DNA from: an uncultured Haloferula sp.
GTDB lineage: Bacteria; Verrucomicrobiota; Verrucomicrobiia; Verrucomicrobiales; Akkermansiaceae
Reading direction: 5' to 3'
NCBI GenBank assembly: GCA_965652295.1
Contig: CBFGTS010000001.1
Location: 416,001-480,000 of the forward strand
DNA length: 64,000 nucleotides
Position numbers and translations under genes: made by a program. The notes below the pieces were generated by a model that saw nothing but the letters and a program-made list of their open reading frames with translations, did no database searches and was not told the DNA's origin. Shown here one piece after another: positions 8,975-17,846 of the stretch. Position 1 is the stretch's first letter. Each line of letters begins with the position of its first letter.

Positions 8975-11209
8975 CTATTCAAGGTCGTGAATTTCAAGCG
9001 GCTTGGTCGGGCCATCGACCTTCGCGGCGCTCGCAGCATATTTATCCCAGATCATCCGGGCCGCAGTGACGGGATCGCCTTCCGCCCCCTCGGCATAGGA
9101 TTTCCAGGAGTGAATCCATTTCTCGGTGAAGTCCCGGATCTCGTCATTCATCGAGAGCTTTTCTCCGCGGCGAATCGACTGATGGGCGGCATCGAGGAAA
9201 AGCTTCCACACCTCCAGATTGTAGTCGGCCATCAATCCGCCGTACTGCCGCTGGGCGTAGCCAAAGAGGGGGCTCTTTCGATCGCCCCAGAGCGTGATGA
9301 TGCGTCGGGCATTGCGCTCCCATCGGGCTTTGCCTTCGGTGGTCCGGCTGGCTCCCAGAGGATACTTCAAATAGTTCCCGAACTGGAAGATTGCATGAGT
9401 GCGCAGGAGCGTGTCGCAGTCGACGATGGCCTCGCAGTAGGCATCCGCCGCTCGTTTGAACCGGCGGGCGTCCTTGCTTTTGTAGGCTTCCCGCAGTTCG
9501 GTGTGAAGCTGCTGTTGGGCGATGTCCGACATCACCTGTCTGCCGACATCGACGAGATCGAAGTGATAGGTGTCGCGCCCGGCGAGCTCGGTGGAGGCTT
9601 CCAGCAGCAAACGGAATGCCTCGCGGACTTTGGAACTGTCATAGAAGATCGATCCGCGGACGAAGCCTTCGCCGTCCTTGGCGAGCGTGGGCGGCATGGC
9701 GAGGAAGTTGCCTTGCGGGCCGTGACGCTTGTCGTCGCACTCATAAACCGTTTCTGCCAGGATCTTCCATGCCGAGATGGCGGATTCGTTCCGGATGCCA
9801 TATCGTCCCCAGACGAATTCCTCAACCCATTCATCGAGATCCACGGGTTGATCCCGCCATGCCATTTCATAGATCTGCTCATAAACGATGGGATTGTTTT
9901 CTCCTCCTTCGTTCAGTGTGCCGATCCCTGACAAACGGCCTGCCTCGGGTTTGCCGAGCAGCTGCGGCATCTTCACGCCGACTTCGGTCAAGCGTCCATA
10001 CATGCCCTGCTTGCCGCCCCAGTTGTTGATGATGCACCAGAGCCAGGGTTTCCCGGCGAAAGCGCCGGTGTGGTCCCACTGGGGTTTACCGTCGGCGAAC
10101 AAATCGAGGAGGACCATCTGATCGTCGCCCACGCCGGAGAGCAGCGCTTCGATCCGCGGCTGGGTCCAGAAGCGGCTGTGGACAAACAACCAGCCTTGCA
10201 TGAACCAGATCGCTTCCGGGTCGGCCTCGGCCATGGATTGATAGACGGCCCGAGTCATGCCCCGGAGATAATCGGGATCATCGGTCGGAGGATCGACTTC
10301 ATTGAAGGTATCGGCCGAATAGAGATGGGCGGTGCCGTAGAGCTTGGTCGACTCGGTGACGAAGCGGGATCCGATCTTCCGGAACAGCGGATCGGAAGGA
10401 TCGAGCACGTGGATGCCGGGGAAGTTGCTCCAGTTCTTCAGCTTGGCGATCTTGGCCCCGGGGAACTTGTCCTTGAGGCCGGGCGGCACGTGGCCTCCGA
10501 AGGCCGGAAGTACCGGCTTCATGCCGAGCTCCATGGCGCGGGTCATGATGCTCTTTTGCAGCGATTCCTGGCGGTCATACCACTCGTCGGGATTCGGGCC
10601 ACCCCAGCCGTCGATGTTTCCCATGAGAAACCAGGGCAGGAAGGGTGGGGCGGCGATGAAGTCGTCGATGTCCTTCTGCGGCAGGCCGAGGTCACGATAG
10701 ACGTTGCGATAGACGACCTCGGCCCCCGTGGCCATGAGCGGCGTGTTGATGCCGTGCAGGGCCATCAGGTCGATTTCCCGTTCCCAGCGTGGTCCGTCCC
10801 AGAAGGCCATGGTGTAGCCGTAGGTGCAGTAGTTGAAGGCGTAGCGGTAGGGGTACGGGGACACCTTGCGGATCTTTTCCGACAGCTTCGGAAGGGGATC
10901 GGGAAGGGAGATCTGATCACCGCACCAGGAGATGTCACAGCGGCAGTGGTATTTTAGATACCAGTTCAGCGCCGAGGCCATCGAGACGGCGTTGTTGCCG
11001 CGGAGCACGATTTTCCCTCCGCGCGACTCGATCTCGAACACGTCGTTTCCGCCCTCCGCTGGGATCGTTTCGCAAACAAATCCGGCCGACTTGCCTGGGA
11101 GCACCCGCTGGATGAGGGCGGTGGCGGCTTCTTCGGGCGTGGGCGCGGCGATGGCGGGAAAAAAGCTGAAGGCGAGAAGGGCGATGAGAAGAGGTTTCAG
11201 GGATTTCAT
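8975..11209 (-). CDS. Alpha-N-acetylglucosaminidase (GH89)
   Basis: RYAFNYCTYGY, WEREIDLMALHGIN, WFLMGNIDGWGGP, DTFNE, MQGWLF, YAQRQYGGL motifs; signal peptide. Confidence 0.93.
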   Translation of the reverse strand: MKSLKPLLIALLAFSFFPAIAAPTPEEAATALIQRVLPGKSAGFVCETIPAEGGNDVFEIESRGGKIVLRGNNAVSMASALNWYLKYHCRCDISWCGDQISLPDPLPKLSEKIRKVSPYPYRYAFNYCTYGYTMAFWDGPRWEREIDLMALHGINTPLMATGAEVVYRNVYRDLGLPQKDIDDFIAAPPFLPWFLMGNIDGWGGPNPDEWYDRQESLQKSIMTRAMELGMKPVLPAFGGHVPPGLKDKFPGAKIAKLKNWSNFPGIHVLDPSDPLFRKIGSRFVTESTKLYGTAHLYSADTFNEVDPPTDDPDYLRGMTRAVYQSMAEADPEAIWFMQGWLFVHSRFWTQPRIEALLSGVGDDQMVLLDLFADGKPQWDHTGAFAGKPWLWCIINNWGGKQGMYGRLTEVGVKMPQLLGKPEAGRLSGIGTLNEGGENNPIVYEQIYEMAWRDQPVDLDEWVEEFVWGRYGIRNESAISAWKILAETVYECDDKRHGPQGNFLAMPPTLAKDGEGFVRGSIFYDSSKVREAFRLLLEASTELAGRDTYHFDLVDVGRQVMSDIAQQQLHTELREAYKSKDARRFKRAADAYCEAIVDCDTLLRTHAIFQFGNYLKYPLGASRTTEGKARWERNARRIITLWGDRKSPLFGYAQRQYGGLMADYNLEVWKLFLDAAHQSIRRGEKLSMNDEIRDFTEKWIHSWKSYAEGAEGDPVTAARMIWDKYAASAAKVDGPTKPLEIHDLE

Positions 11210-11372
11210 GGGCAAAGGAGGCGGGGCGCGTCAGTCGCGTCCGAAAGTTCGCGAGATCGCTCTATTCCAATCCGGATCGGAACCGGACAGGGATTACGTG
11301 GTATCACGAAAATAAGTTGAAGACAGCCCGTGGGCTTTCATTTCCGCAAGAGTCGGGGGTAGATCCGGTGGC

Positions 11373-12329
11373 ATGACGGACGGGGTGGAAATCGTGGGAG
11401 CCGGTTTGGCGGGGTGTTGCCTGGCGTGGCAGCTGCGGGCGCGCGGGGTGGAGGTGCGGCTGGTGGATGATGGCCGGCCGGGGGCGGCGTCGCGGGTGGC
11501 GGCGGGGTTGGTGAATCCGGTGACGGGAAAGAACTACGAGCCGAGCTGGCGGATCGCGGAGTTCCTGCCGGAGTCGGTGGCGTTTTTCGAAAAGATCGGG
11601 CGCGATCTGGGTCGGCCGCTTTGGTTTCCGCAGCCGGTGGTGAGGCTGGTCTCGGAAAAAGAATGGCCGAAGGCGGCAAGAAAACTGGAGCTGCCGGAGG
11701 TGGCGCGCTGGGTGGAGCGGGTGGAGGAGCACGTGGATGGCTGGCGGGCGAGGGTGACGTTGAAGGGCGGCGGGAGGGTGGACACGCGGGCTTTTTGTGA
11801 AGCGACGGAAGAGGAATTCGGAGTGCGGAGCGCGGAGTGCGGAATGGGAAGAAGGGTGAGATGCGGGGGTGCGTTTGATTTGATGACCGGGAGGCTGGGG
11901 GAGCATCGGTGCGCGAAGGGGGAGATCCTCACGGTGAGGCTTCCAGAATGGGACGGCTCGAAGATCCTGATCGGTGGTGGTGGCTGGTTGGTGCCGGTGG
12001 GAGACGGGCTTTTCAAATCGGGCGCGACCTATGAGTGGGACCAGCTCGATGGCACGCCGACGGCGGCGGGCCGGACGCGGGTGGAGGAGATTCTGCGGAA
12101 TCTGGGAGTCGGGGATTTCGAGGTGGTGAACCACGAGGCGGGCGTCCGCCCGATCGTGCGGCGTAGCATGCCCTTGATCGGGAAAACCGCGGAGGGTTGG
12201 GCGTTCAACGGGCTGGGATCAAAGGGCTCGCTCTACGCGCCGGGGGTGGCACGGAGGCTGGCGGAGGCGATGGTGGACGGGGTGGAGATCGAGGAGGAGC
12301 TGGACTTGGAGAAGTGGCTGGGAAGGTAG
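11373..12329 (+). CDS. FAD-dependent oxidoreductase (DAO/glycine oxidase-like)
   Basis: IVGAGLAG Rossmann motif, ASRVAAGLVNP, GATYEW, AGVRP, NGLGSKG. Confidence 0.88.
   Translation: MTDGVEIVGAGLAGCCLAWQLRARGVEVRLVDDGRPGAASRVAAGLVNPVTGKNYEPSWRIAEFLPESVAFFEKIGRDLGRPLWFPQPVVRLVSEKEWPKAARKLELPEVARWVERVEEHVDGWRARVTLKGGGRVDTRAFCEATEEEFGVRSAECGMGRRVRCGGAFDLMTGRLGEHRCAKGEILTVRLPEWDGSKILIGGGGWLVPVGDGLFKSGATYEWDQLDGTPTAAGRTRVEEILRNLGVGDFEVVNHEAGVRPIVRRSMPLIGKTAEGWAFNGLGSKGSLYAPGVARRLAEAMVDGVEIEEELDLEKWLGR
11813..11847 (+). repeat. Heptamer tandem repeat (GGAGTGC-like x5) inside coding sequence
   Basis: GGAATTC GGAGTGC GGAGCGC GGAGTGC GGAATGG, translated as EFGVRSAECGM. Confidence 0.75.
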
Positions 12330-12467
12330 CAAGTTCGCGGCGGGTCGCCGCGGCCACGGCCTGCCCCCGGGCCCTGGGCAGCCACGGTCCGGCGCGCCTC
12401 GGGGCTTGCCATGGAGCGGGAATGCGTCCATAGGGCCGCGGCAACTCCGCCGAAAGCCGCCGCAGCC

Positions 12468-14291
12468 ATGTCTTTGAAGATCCGAAATCTCGCCATTATC
12501 GCCCACGTCGACCACGGGAAGACCACCCTGGTCGACCAACTCCTGCAAGCTGGCGGCACCTACCGCGACAACCAGGAAAAGCAGGAGCGGGCGATGGACT
12601 CGATGGACCTCGAACGCGAGAAGGGCATCACCATCAAGGCGAAGAACACGTCCATTCACTGGGAAGGCTACACGATCAACATCGTCGATACGCCGGGCCA
12701 CGCCGATTTCGGCGCGGAGGTGGAGCGGGTGATGAAAATGGTCGATGGCGTGCTGCTGGTGGTCGATGCCACCGGCGGACCCCAGGCGCAGACGCGTTTC
12801 GTTTTGCGCAAGGCGCTGCAGGAGGGCCTGAAGCCGATCGTGGTGGTCAACAAGATCGACCGCGAGCTGGCGACGCCGGAAAAGGTCCACGACATGGTGC
12901 TGGAGCTTTTCCTCGATCTCGACGCGACCGAGGACCAGTTCGAGGCCCCCTTCCTGTATGGCTCGGCGCGCGACGGCTACTTCATGGACTCGCCGAATGA
13001 CGAGCGGGTCGACTGCATCCCGCTGCTGAAAAAGATCGTCGAATACGTGCCGGAACCGGCCGCCAAGGAAGACGCTCCGTTTTCCATGCTCGTTTCGAAC
13101 ATCAACTGGGACGACTACGTCGGCCGGGTGGCGATCGGCAAGGTGCTCGGCGGTTCGGTGAAAAAGGGCGACAACGTCTGGCTGCTGCGCAAGGACGGAA
13201 CCAAGCAGCGTTCAAAGGTGCTGAAGACCTTTTCCTACTCGGGTCTTGCGACGCACGACTCCGAAGGCGGCACCGCCGGCGGCATCGTGGGAATCGCGGC
13301 AGGCATCGAGGACATCGATATCGGCGACACGCTCGCGGCCAGCGAAGACGCCGAGTTGCTGCCTTTCGTGGCGATCGATCCGCCGACGGTGCAGATGGAG
13401 TTCTCGATCAATGACGGTCCGCTTGCCGGCAAGGACGGCAAGCATGTGACCTCCCGCGCGATCTGGGACCGCCTCCAGCGCGAGGTGAAGACGAACATCT
13501 CGATCATGGTCGAGGAAACCGGTCAGGCCGGTGTGTTCAAGGTTTCCGCGCGCGGTGCGATGCAGATCGCTGTGCTGGTGGAAACGATGCGTCGCGAGGG
13601 CTACGAGGTGCTCGTTTCGCGCCCAACGGTGATCTACCGGCGCGACGAAGGCGGGCAACTGCTGGAACCCTTTGAAACCCTCTACGTCGAGGCTCCAGAC
13701 GAATACTCGCAGGGCATTCTCAAGGCCCTCAACAACCGCAAGGGCATGCTGGAGAACATGGAAGTGGAGGCCAGCGGCCGCACACTGATCCAGGCCCACA
13801 TCCCGACCCGCGGCCTGATCGGCTTCGAGACCGAGCTGGTGAACCTGACCTCCGGCCACGGCATCATGAGCCACCTGTTCAAGGAATACGCGCCGCACGC
13901 CGGCGAGATCACCACGCGCATTACGGGAACCCTCGTATCGATGGAGAAGGGCGTGACCACCGCCTACTCGCTGCAAGCGCTGGAAGAGCGTGGCATCCTG
14001 TTTGTCGGTCCGGGCGCGGAGGTCTACACCGGCATGCTGGTGGGCGAAAACCCGCGCGCCGAGGACCTCATCGTGAACCCGGTGAAGGAGAAGCACCTCG
14101 ACAACATGCGTTCCTCCGGCAAGGACAAGGGCGGCAAGCTGAGCCCGCCGAAGAACTTCTCGCTCGAGCGCGCGATCGAATACATCGAGGCCGACGAACT
14201 GGTCGAGGCGACCCCGAACTTCCTCCGGCTGCGCAAGCGGATCCTCGATCCCAACGAACGCAAGCGGATGGCCAAGGCTTCGAAGGCTTGA
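12468..14291 (+). CDS. typA: Translational GTPase TypA/BipA
   Basis: IRNLAIIAHVDHGKTTLVD, EKGITI, DTPGHADFG, NKID, GVFKVSARG, C-terminal LERAIEYIEADELVEATP..RLRK. Confidence 0.97.
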   Translation: MSLKIRNLAIIAHVDHGKTTLVDQLLQAGGTYRDNQEKQERAMDSMDLEREKGITIKAKNTSIHWEGYTINIVDTPGHADFGAEVERVMKMVDGVLLVVDATGGPQAQTRFVLRKALQEGLKPIVVVNKIDRELATPEKVHDMVLELFLDLDATEDQFEAPFLYGSARDGYFMDSPNDERVDCIPLLKKIVEYVPEPAAKEDAPFSMLVSNINWDDYVGRVAIGKVLGGSVKKGDNVWLLRKDGTKQRSKVLKTFSYSGLATHDSEGGTAGGIVGIAAGIEDIDIGDTLAASEDAELLPFVAIDPPTVQMEFSINDGPLAGKDGKHVTSRAIWDRLQREVKTNISIMVEETGQAGVFKVSARGAMQIAVLVETMRREGYEVLVSRPTVIYRRDEGGQLLEPFETLYVEAPDEYSQGILKALNNRKGMLENMEVEASGRTLIQAHIPTRGLIGFETELVNLTSGHGIMSHLFKEYAPHAGEITTRITGTLVSMEKGVTTAYSLQALEERGILFVGPGAEVYTGMLVGENPRAEDLIVNPVKEKHLDNMRSSGKDKGGKLSPPKNFSLERAIEYIEADELVEATPNFLRLRKRILDPNERKRMAKASKA

Positions 14292-14311
14292 GGCCGCGAA
14301 GCGTTTTTCTG

Positions 14312-14345
14312 AAGGGGTGCAGGTGCTGGCCTGTGCCCCTTTTTT
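14312..14345 (+). terminator. Rho-independent terminator after typA
   Basis: AAGGGGTGCAGG/CCTGTGCCCCTT stem (with G-U pairs) followed by a T run. Confidence 0.7.
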
Positions 14346-14378
14346 ACGGCGCAGGCGAGCCGTCGACTTCCATCCCTG

Positions 14379-15000
14379 TCAGTGCTGTGTCGACCACTCC
14401 TCGCCGCGCTTGATGGCATCCGCGGCGATCTCGCGGTCGTCCTCGGGAAGCCGAGCTACCCACAGCGCCGCGCCCTTGGGATCGGCTTCGTGCCAGCGCA
14501 GTGCCACGTTCTGGAGGGCTTGGTTGCGCGGCCGGCCGGAAGGATACATTTCCAGCGCGGCGGCCGTGGCACCAGGATCGCGGAATGCGCGATTGGACAT
14601 GTCGTAGGTCCAGCGGCCGATGTCCTTGTCCGACATCACGCCGAGCTGCAGCGCTCTGGAAAAGACCACGTCCGCAACCTCCGGCGGCGGCCAGCCGGTG
14701 CGAATCAGCCGTGCGGAGACATTGCGAATCTGCTCGTCGGGGAGATCGCGGGCCCAGGCCACGGCTTCCTGCCGCCCGGCCCGCGTGCCCGAACGCACTT
14801 CATTCGGAAACGAAAGACCATAGGAGTCCGGATCGGCCGCAGCGCGATTGAGCAGCTCGGCGATGGTCGGCGGTCGCAACCTGAAACTCCCCGTCCGAAC
14901 GCCCGGCCGAGGGGCCGTGGATTGCCGGGTGAAGGGAGGACGGCGAGAGTTTCGAGAGTGGCTTTGGGATCGGGAAAGCCGCTTCCGTGGGAACGGTGGC
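14379..15000 (-). pseudogene. Probable remnant of a Verrucomicrobial helical-repeat hypothetical protein
   Basis: 3' part encodes AVAWARDLPD...DPGATAAALE...WHEADPKGAALWVARLP repeats; 5' part of that ORF is not protein-like, while a similar motif (DPKATLETLAVLP) is in another frame; 5' boundary approximate. Confidence 0.45.
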
Positions 15001-15123
15001 GGAGTTTGTCTGACCTCGAAGCGGCTGGGTCGGGAGAACGGCTGCAAGCGCTCTGTCCGGCGGTCGATGCCCGCCGCTCCTGCGGGGCTTGCAGGAAAAG
15101 ACGTGAGTTGCTCGAATGCGGCC

Positions 15124-15831
15124 ATGGATTCCAGCACGCCTCCTCCTTCTCCGCCTCCGGTTCCCGTGGCACCCCAACGTTCGGGCTTGGCCTTGGCGAG
15201 CCTGCTTTGCGGGATCGGAGGACTCTTGACCTGCGGAATCAGTTCGCTGGTCGGGGTGATCTTGGGTCACCTGGCACTTTCGGATATCAAGAAGACGGGG
15301 AAAGAAGGCAAGGGTCTTGCCGTGGGCGGACTGGTGACGAGCTATGTGCTGATGATGCTGGTGGGCGTCGCGGCGTTGGCGGGGCTTTCCGCTCCAATGG
15401 TGCTGAGGCAAAGGCATGCGGCGGACAGGACGCAGATGATTTCCAACATGAAGCAGATCTCGCTCTATCTGCTCGAATTCGATCAGGAATTCGGAGCGTA
15501 CCCAAATCGGCAGACCAAGCAGGCAGTGCAGGAGGCGACTGAAATCGAGTTGTCCCTCGCGGGGATCGAGCCGTTCGAGCAACTCGAAGCCTTTGGAGCG
15601 GTCGGCTTGCAGGAGATGCTCAAGGTGCCGAAGTCGGCTACGGGCGATTGGATTTACTATACCTATGAAGGATCGGCACCGCCGCCTGACCAACCGGTGC
15701 TGGTTTCTCCTGCGGTAGGCCGGAAACGGCTCATTCTCCGGGGAGATGCCTCGGTCGAGGTGGTTCCCAGCGATGTGGGTCTGCCGGCGTCCGAGGGCGA
15801 TATGGAAGCGATTCCAGCGCCCAGGGGGTAG
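15124..15831 (+). CDS. DUF4190-domain membrane protein
   Basis: Pro-rich N-terminus, SGLALASLLCGI...GVILGHLALSDIKK..GKGLAVGGLVTSY, followed by a pilin-like ISNMKQI segment. Confidence 0.8.
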   Translation: MDSSTPPPSPPPVPVAPQRSGLALASLLCGIGGLLTCGISSLVGVILGHLALSDIKKTGKEGKGLAVGGLVTSYVLMMLVGVAALAGLSAPMVLRQRHAADRTQMISNMKQISLYLLEFDQEFGAYPNRQTKQAVQEATEIELSLAGIEPFEQLEAFGAVGLQEMLKVPKSATGDWIYYTYEGSAPPPDQPVLVSPAVGRKRLILRGDASVEVVPSDVGLPASEGDMEAIPAPRG

Positions 15832-15858
15832 GCGGCGCCGGATGGAAACCCACTCTCC

Positions 15859-16842
15859 TCAACCCATCCATTTCCAAGGCTCCGCGTGCCAGCGGTAGCC
15901 GGGTTCGGCGTGGACGATGTGGCCGAGGCCGGGCCAGGGGAGGTGGAATCCGTAGCAGCGGGTGCGTTTTCCAGCAGCCTCTGACCAGAAACGCTTGCGG
16001 GTGGCGATGGCGGTTTGCGGGTCGTGGTCGAAGGCGATGGTCCATTCGGGATCGGCGAACATCAGCAGGTGATGGTGGGCGAGGTCCATCAGGTGGAGGA
16101 GTTCGTCGTTTCCGGAACGGATGCGGAAACAGGCGTGGCCATCGGTGTGGCCGGGAGCGGCATGGACGGTGACAAGGCCGTCGAAAAGAGTCTCACCGTC
16201 TTTCACCGTCCGGGTGTTCGGGGCGAGGATGTTGAAGTTCCCTCGCGCCTCTTCGATCATCCCGGGGATCGGGCGTTTGTCGCGCTTGGACTTGGAAAAA
16301 TCCGGCTGCTTGCCGCGCCAGAAGGCGAGTTCCTCGGGCAGCAGATGGAAGGTGGCGTTGGGAAAGGCCGGTTGGCCGTTGTCGACGAAGCCGTTCAGGT
16401 GGTCGGCGTGAGCGTGGCTGAGGAAACCGGCCGTGACGTGGTCGGGGGTGATGCCGATCTGCCGGAGGCCCGCTTGCAGCCAGCCGAGGCGCGGATTGTC
16501 GCTGCGTCCGAACCCGGCGTCGAAGAGGACGATGTCCTTTCCGCGGCGGAGGACGAGGACGTTGACGTAGAGTGGCAGGGCACCGGTGGGCTCACCGTGG
16601 GTTTCCATCACTTGCTTCATCCGCGGATGCGCTTCGCGCGGCCACATGAGGTCGAGACCTTCGCCCAGTTCGAGGTTGGCGTCGGAAATCGACCACGCTT
16701 CCACCTCACCGATGCGGAAAGGGTAGACGAACGGCCGGGCGGGAGCGCTGGCGGGGACTTCCGCAGCGGATACCCGTGCGCCGAAGGCGGCGGCGAGGGT
16801 GACGGCGGAGGTTCCGAGGAAGGTGCGGCGGGAGGCGTGCAT
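15859..16842 (-). CDS. Tat-exported MBL-fold metallo-hydrolase
   Basis: SRRTFL twin-arginine signal; SHAHADH, PGHTDGH, GFHLPWPGLG. Confidence 0.9.
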   Translation of the reverse strand: MHASRRTFLGTSAVTLAAAFGARVSAAEVPASAPARPFVYPFRIGEVEAWSISDANLELGEGLDLMWPREAHPRMKQVMETHGEPTGALPLYVNVLVLRRGKDIVLFDAGFGRSDNPRLGWLQAGLRQIGITPDHVTAGFLSHAHADHLNGFVDNGQPAFPNATFHLLPEELAFWRGKQPDFSKSKRDKRPIPGMIEEARGNFNILAPNTRTVKDGETLFDGLVTVHAAPGHTDGHACFRIRSGNDELLHLMDLAHHHLLMFADPEWTIAFDHDPQTAIATRKRFWSEAAGKRTRCYGFHLPWPGLGHIVHAEPGYRWHAEPWKWMG

Positions 16843-16872
16843 GATGGATGAACGCGGCTGGAAGCCGCGGGT

Positions 16873-17229
16873 TTACTTCGCGATGTAGTCGAAGACGAAG
16901 ACGTCGTCGATGAGGCCGGCGAGCTTCGAGCCGAACTCCTTGTGCGCCGGGTGCGGGAGGTAGGCGTCGAGTCCGGCCTGGTCCTTGAAGGTGAGCTGGA
17001 AGCCGTGGGTGAAGCCCTTGTCCTTCTGTTCCTTGCTGATGTTCGTGCCCCACTCGAAGGCGGTGATGGTGTCGATCTTGTCGGGTAGCTCGGCGAAGGC
17101 TTTCTCGACCATGGCGATCTTTTCCGGCGTGGCCTGGTCGGAAAACTTGAAGAAAACGAGGTGGCGGAGTTCGCCTCCGGCGAGGGTGCTGAGGGTGGTC
17201 ATGAGGAGGGCAAGGAAGACGGTTTTCAT
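16873..17229 (-). CDS. Dabb (stress-responsive A/B barrel) protein
   Basis: LRHLVFFKF...FEWGTNIS..GFTHGFQLTF..YLPHPAH..FDY; signal peptide. Confidence 0.9.
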   Translation of the reverse strand: MKTVFLALLMTTLSTLAGGELRHLVFFKFSDQATPEKIAMVEKAFAELPDKIDTITAFEWGTNISKEQKDKGFTHGFQLTFKDQAGLDAYLPHPAHKEFGSKLAGLIDDVFVFDYIAK

Positions 17230-17329
17230 GGAGCTGGCCATTACGGTTCGTGCCGCGTTTTCATTTCAGGTTCCAAACGGCCTTTGGATTTCCCATGGCA
17301 GGACCGCGCCGGATCGCGATGATGCCTTC

Positions 17330-17719
17330 ATGCAAAAGACGCACAGCAAGACAATCGGCTACCTGCTCTGGATCTTCGGATTCTTCGGTGCGCACCGGTT
17401 CTACTATGGGCGTAAGATTTCAGGAACGATCTGGTTCTTCACCTTCGGCCTGTTCCTCGTCGGCTGGATCGTGGACCTGTTCCTGATTCCTTCGATGGAT
17501 CGCAAGGCGGCGGTGAGGTATCAGGCCGGCCGCTGCGACTACTCGATCGCCTGGATTCTCCAGACCTTCCTGGGCATATTCGGCATCCACCGGTTCTACA
17601 TGGGCAAGGTGATCACCGGGATCATCTGGCTGCTGACCGGCGGGCTTTTCCTGATCGGATATGTCTACGACTACCTGACGCTGAACGAGCAGGTGGATGA
17701 GGTGAACCGGCGGGGATAG
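17330..17719 (+). CDS. TM2-domain (NINE) membrane protein
   Basis: Two TM2 repeats: GFFGAHRFYYG and GIFGIHRFYMG. Confidence 0.9.
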   Translation: MQKTHSKTIGYLLWIFGFFGAHRFYYGRKISGTIWFFTFGLFLVGWIVDLFLIPSMDRKAAVRYQAGRCDYSIAWILQTFLGIFGIHRFYMGKVITGIIWLLTGGLFLIGYVYDYLTLNEQVDEVNRRG

Positions 17720-17790
17720 AATTGGAGCGCTCGTTGTGAAACCGGTATCTTCCGAACCGCCGCTGAGGCCGATTTCATTATCGGTAATCC

Positions 17791-17828
17791 GAAAAAAAGG
17801 CGGCCCCGGAATCGGAGCCGCCTTTTTC
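17791..17828. terminator. Bidirectional terminator between convergent TM2 gene and gnd
   Basis: GAAAAAAAGGCGGCCCCGG-AAT-CGGAGCCGCCTTTTTC: GC stem flanked by A and T runs. Confidence 0.8.
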
Positions 17829-17846
17829 GAAATTGAAGCGTCAGCC

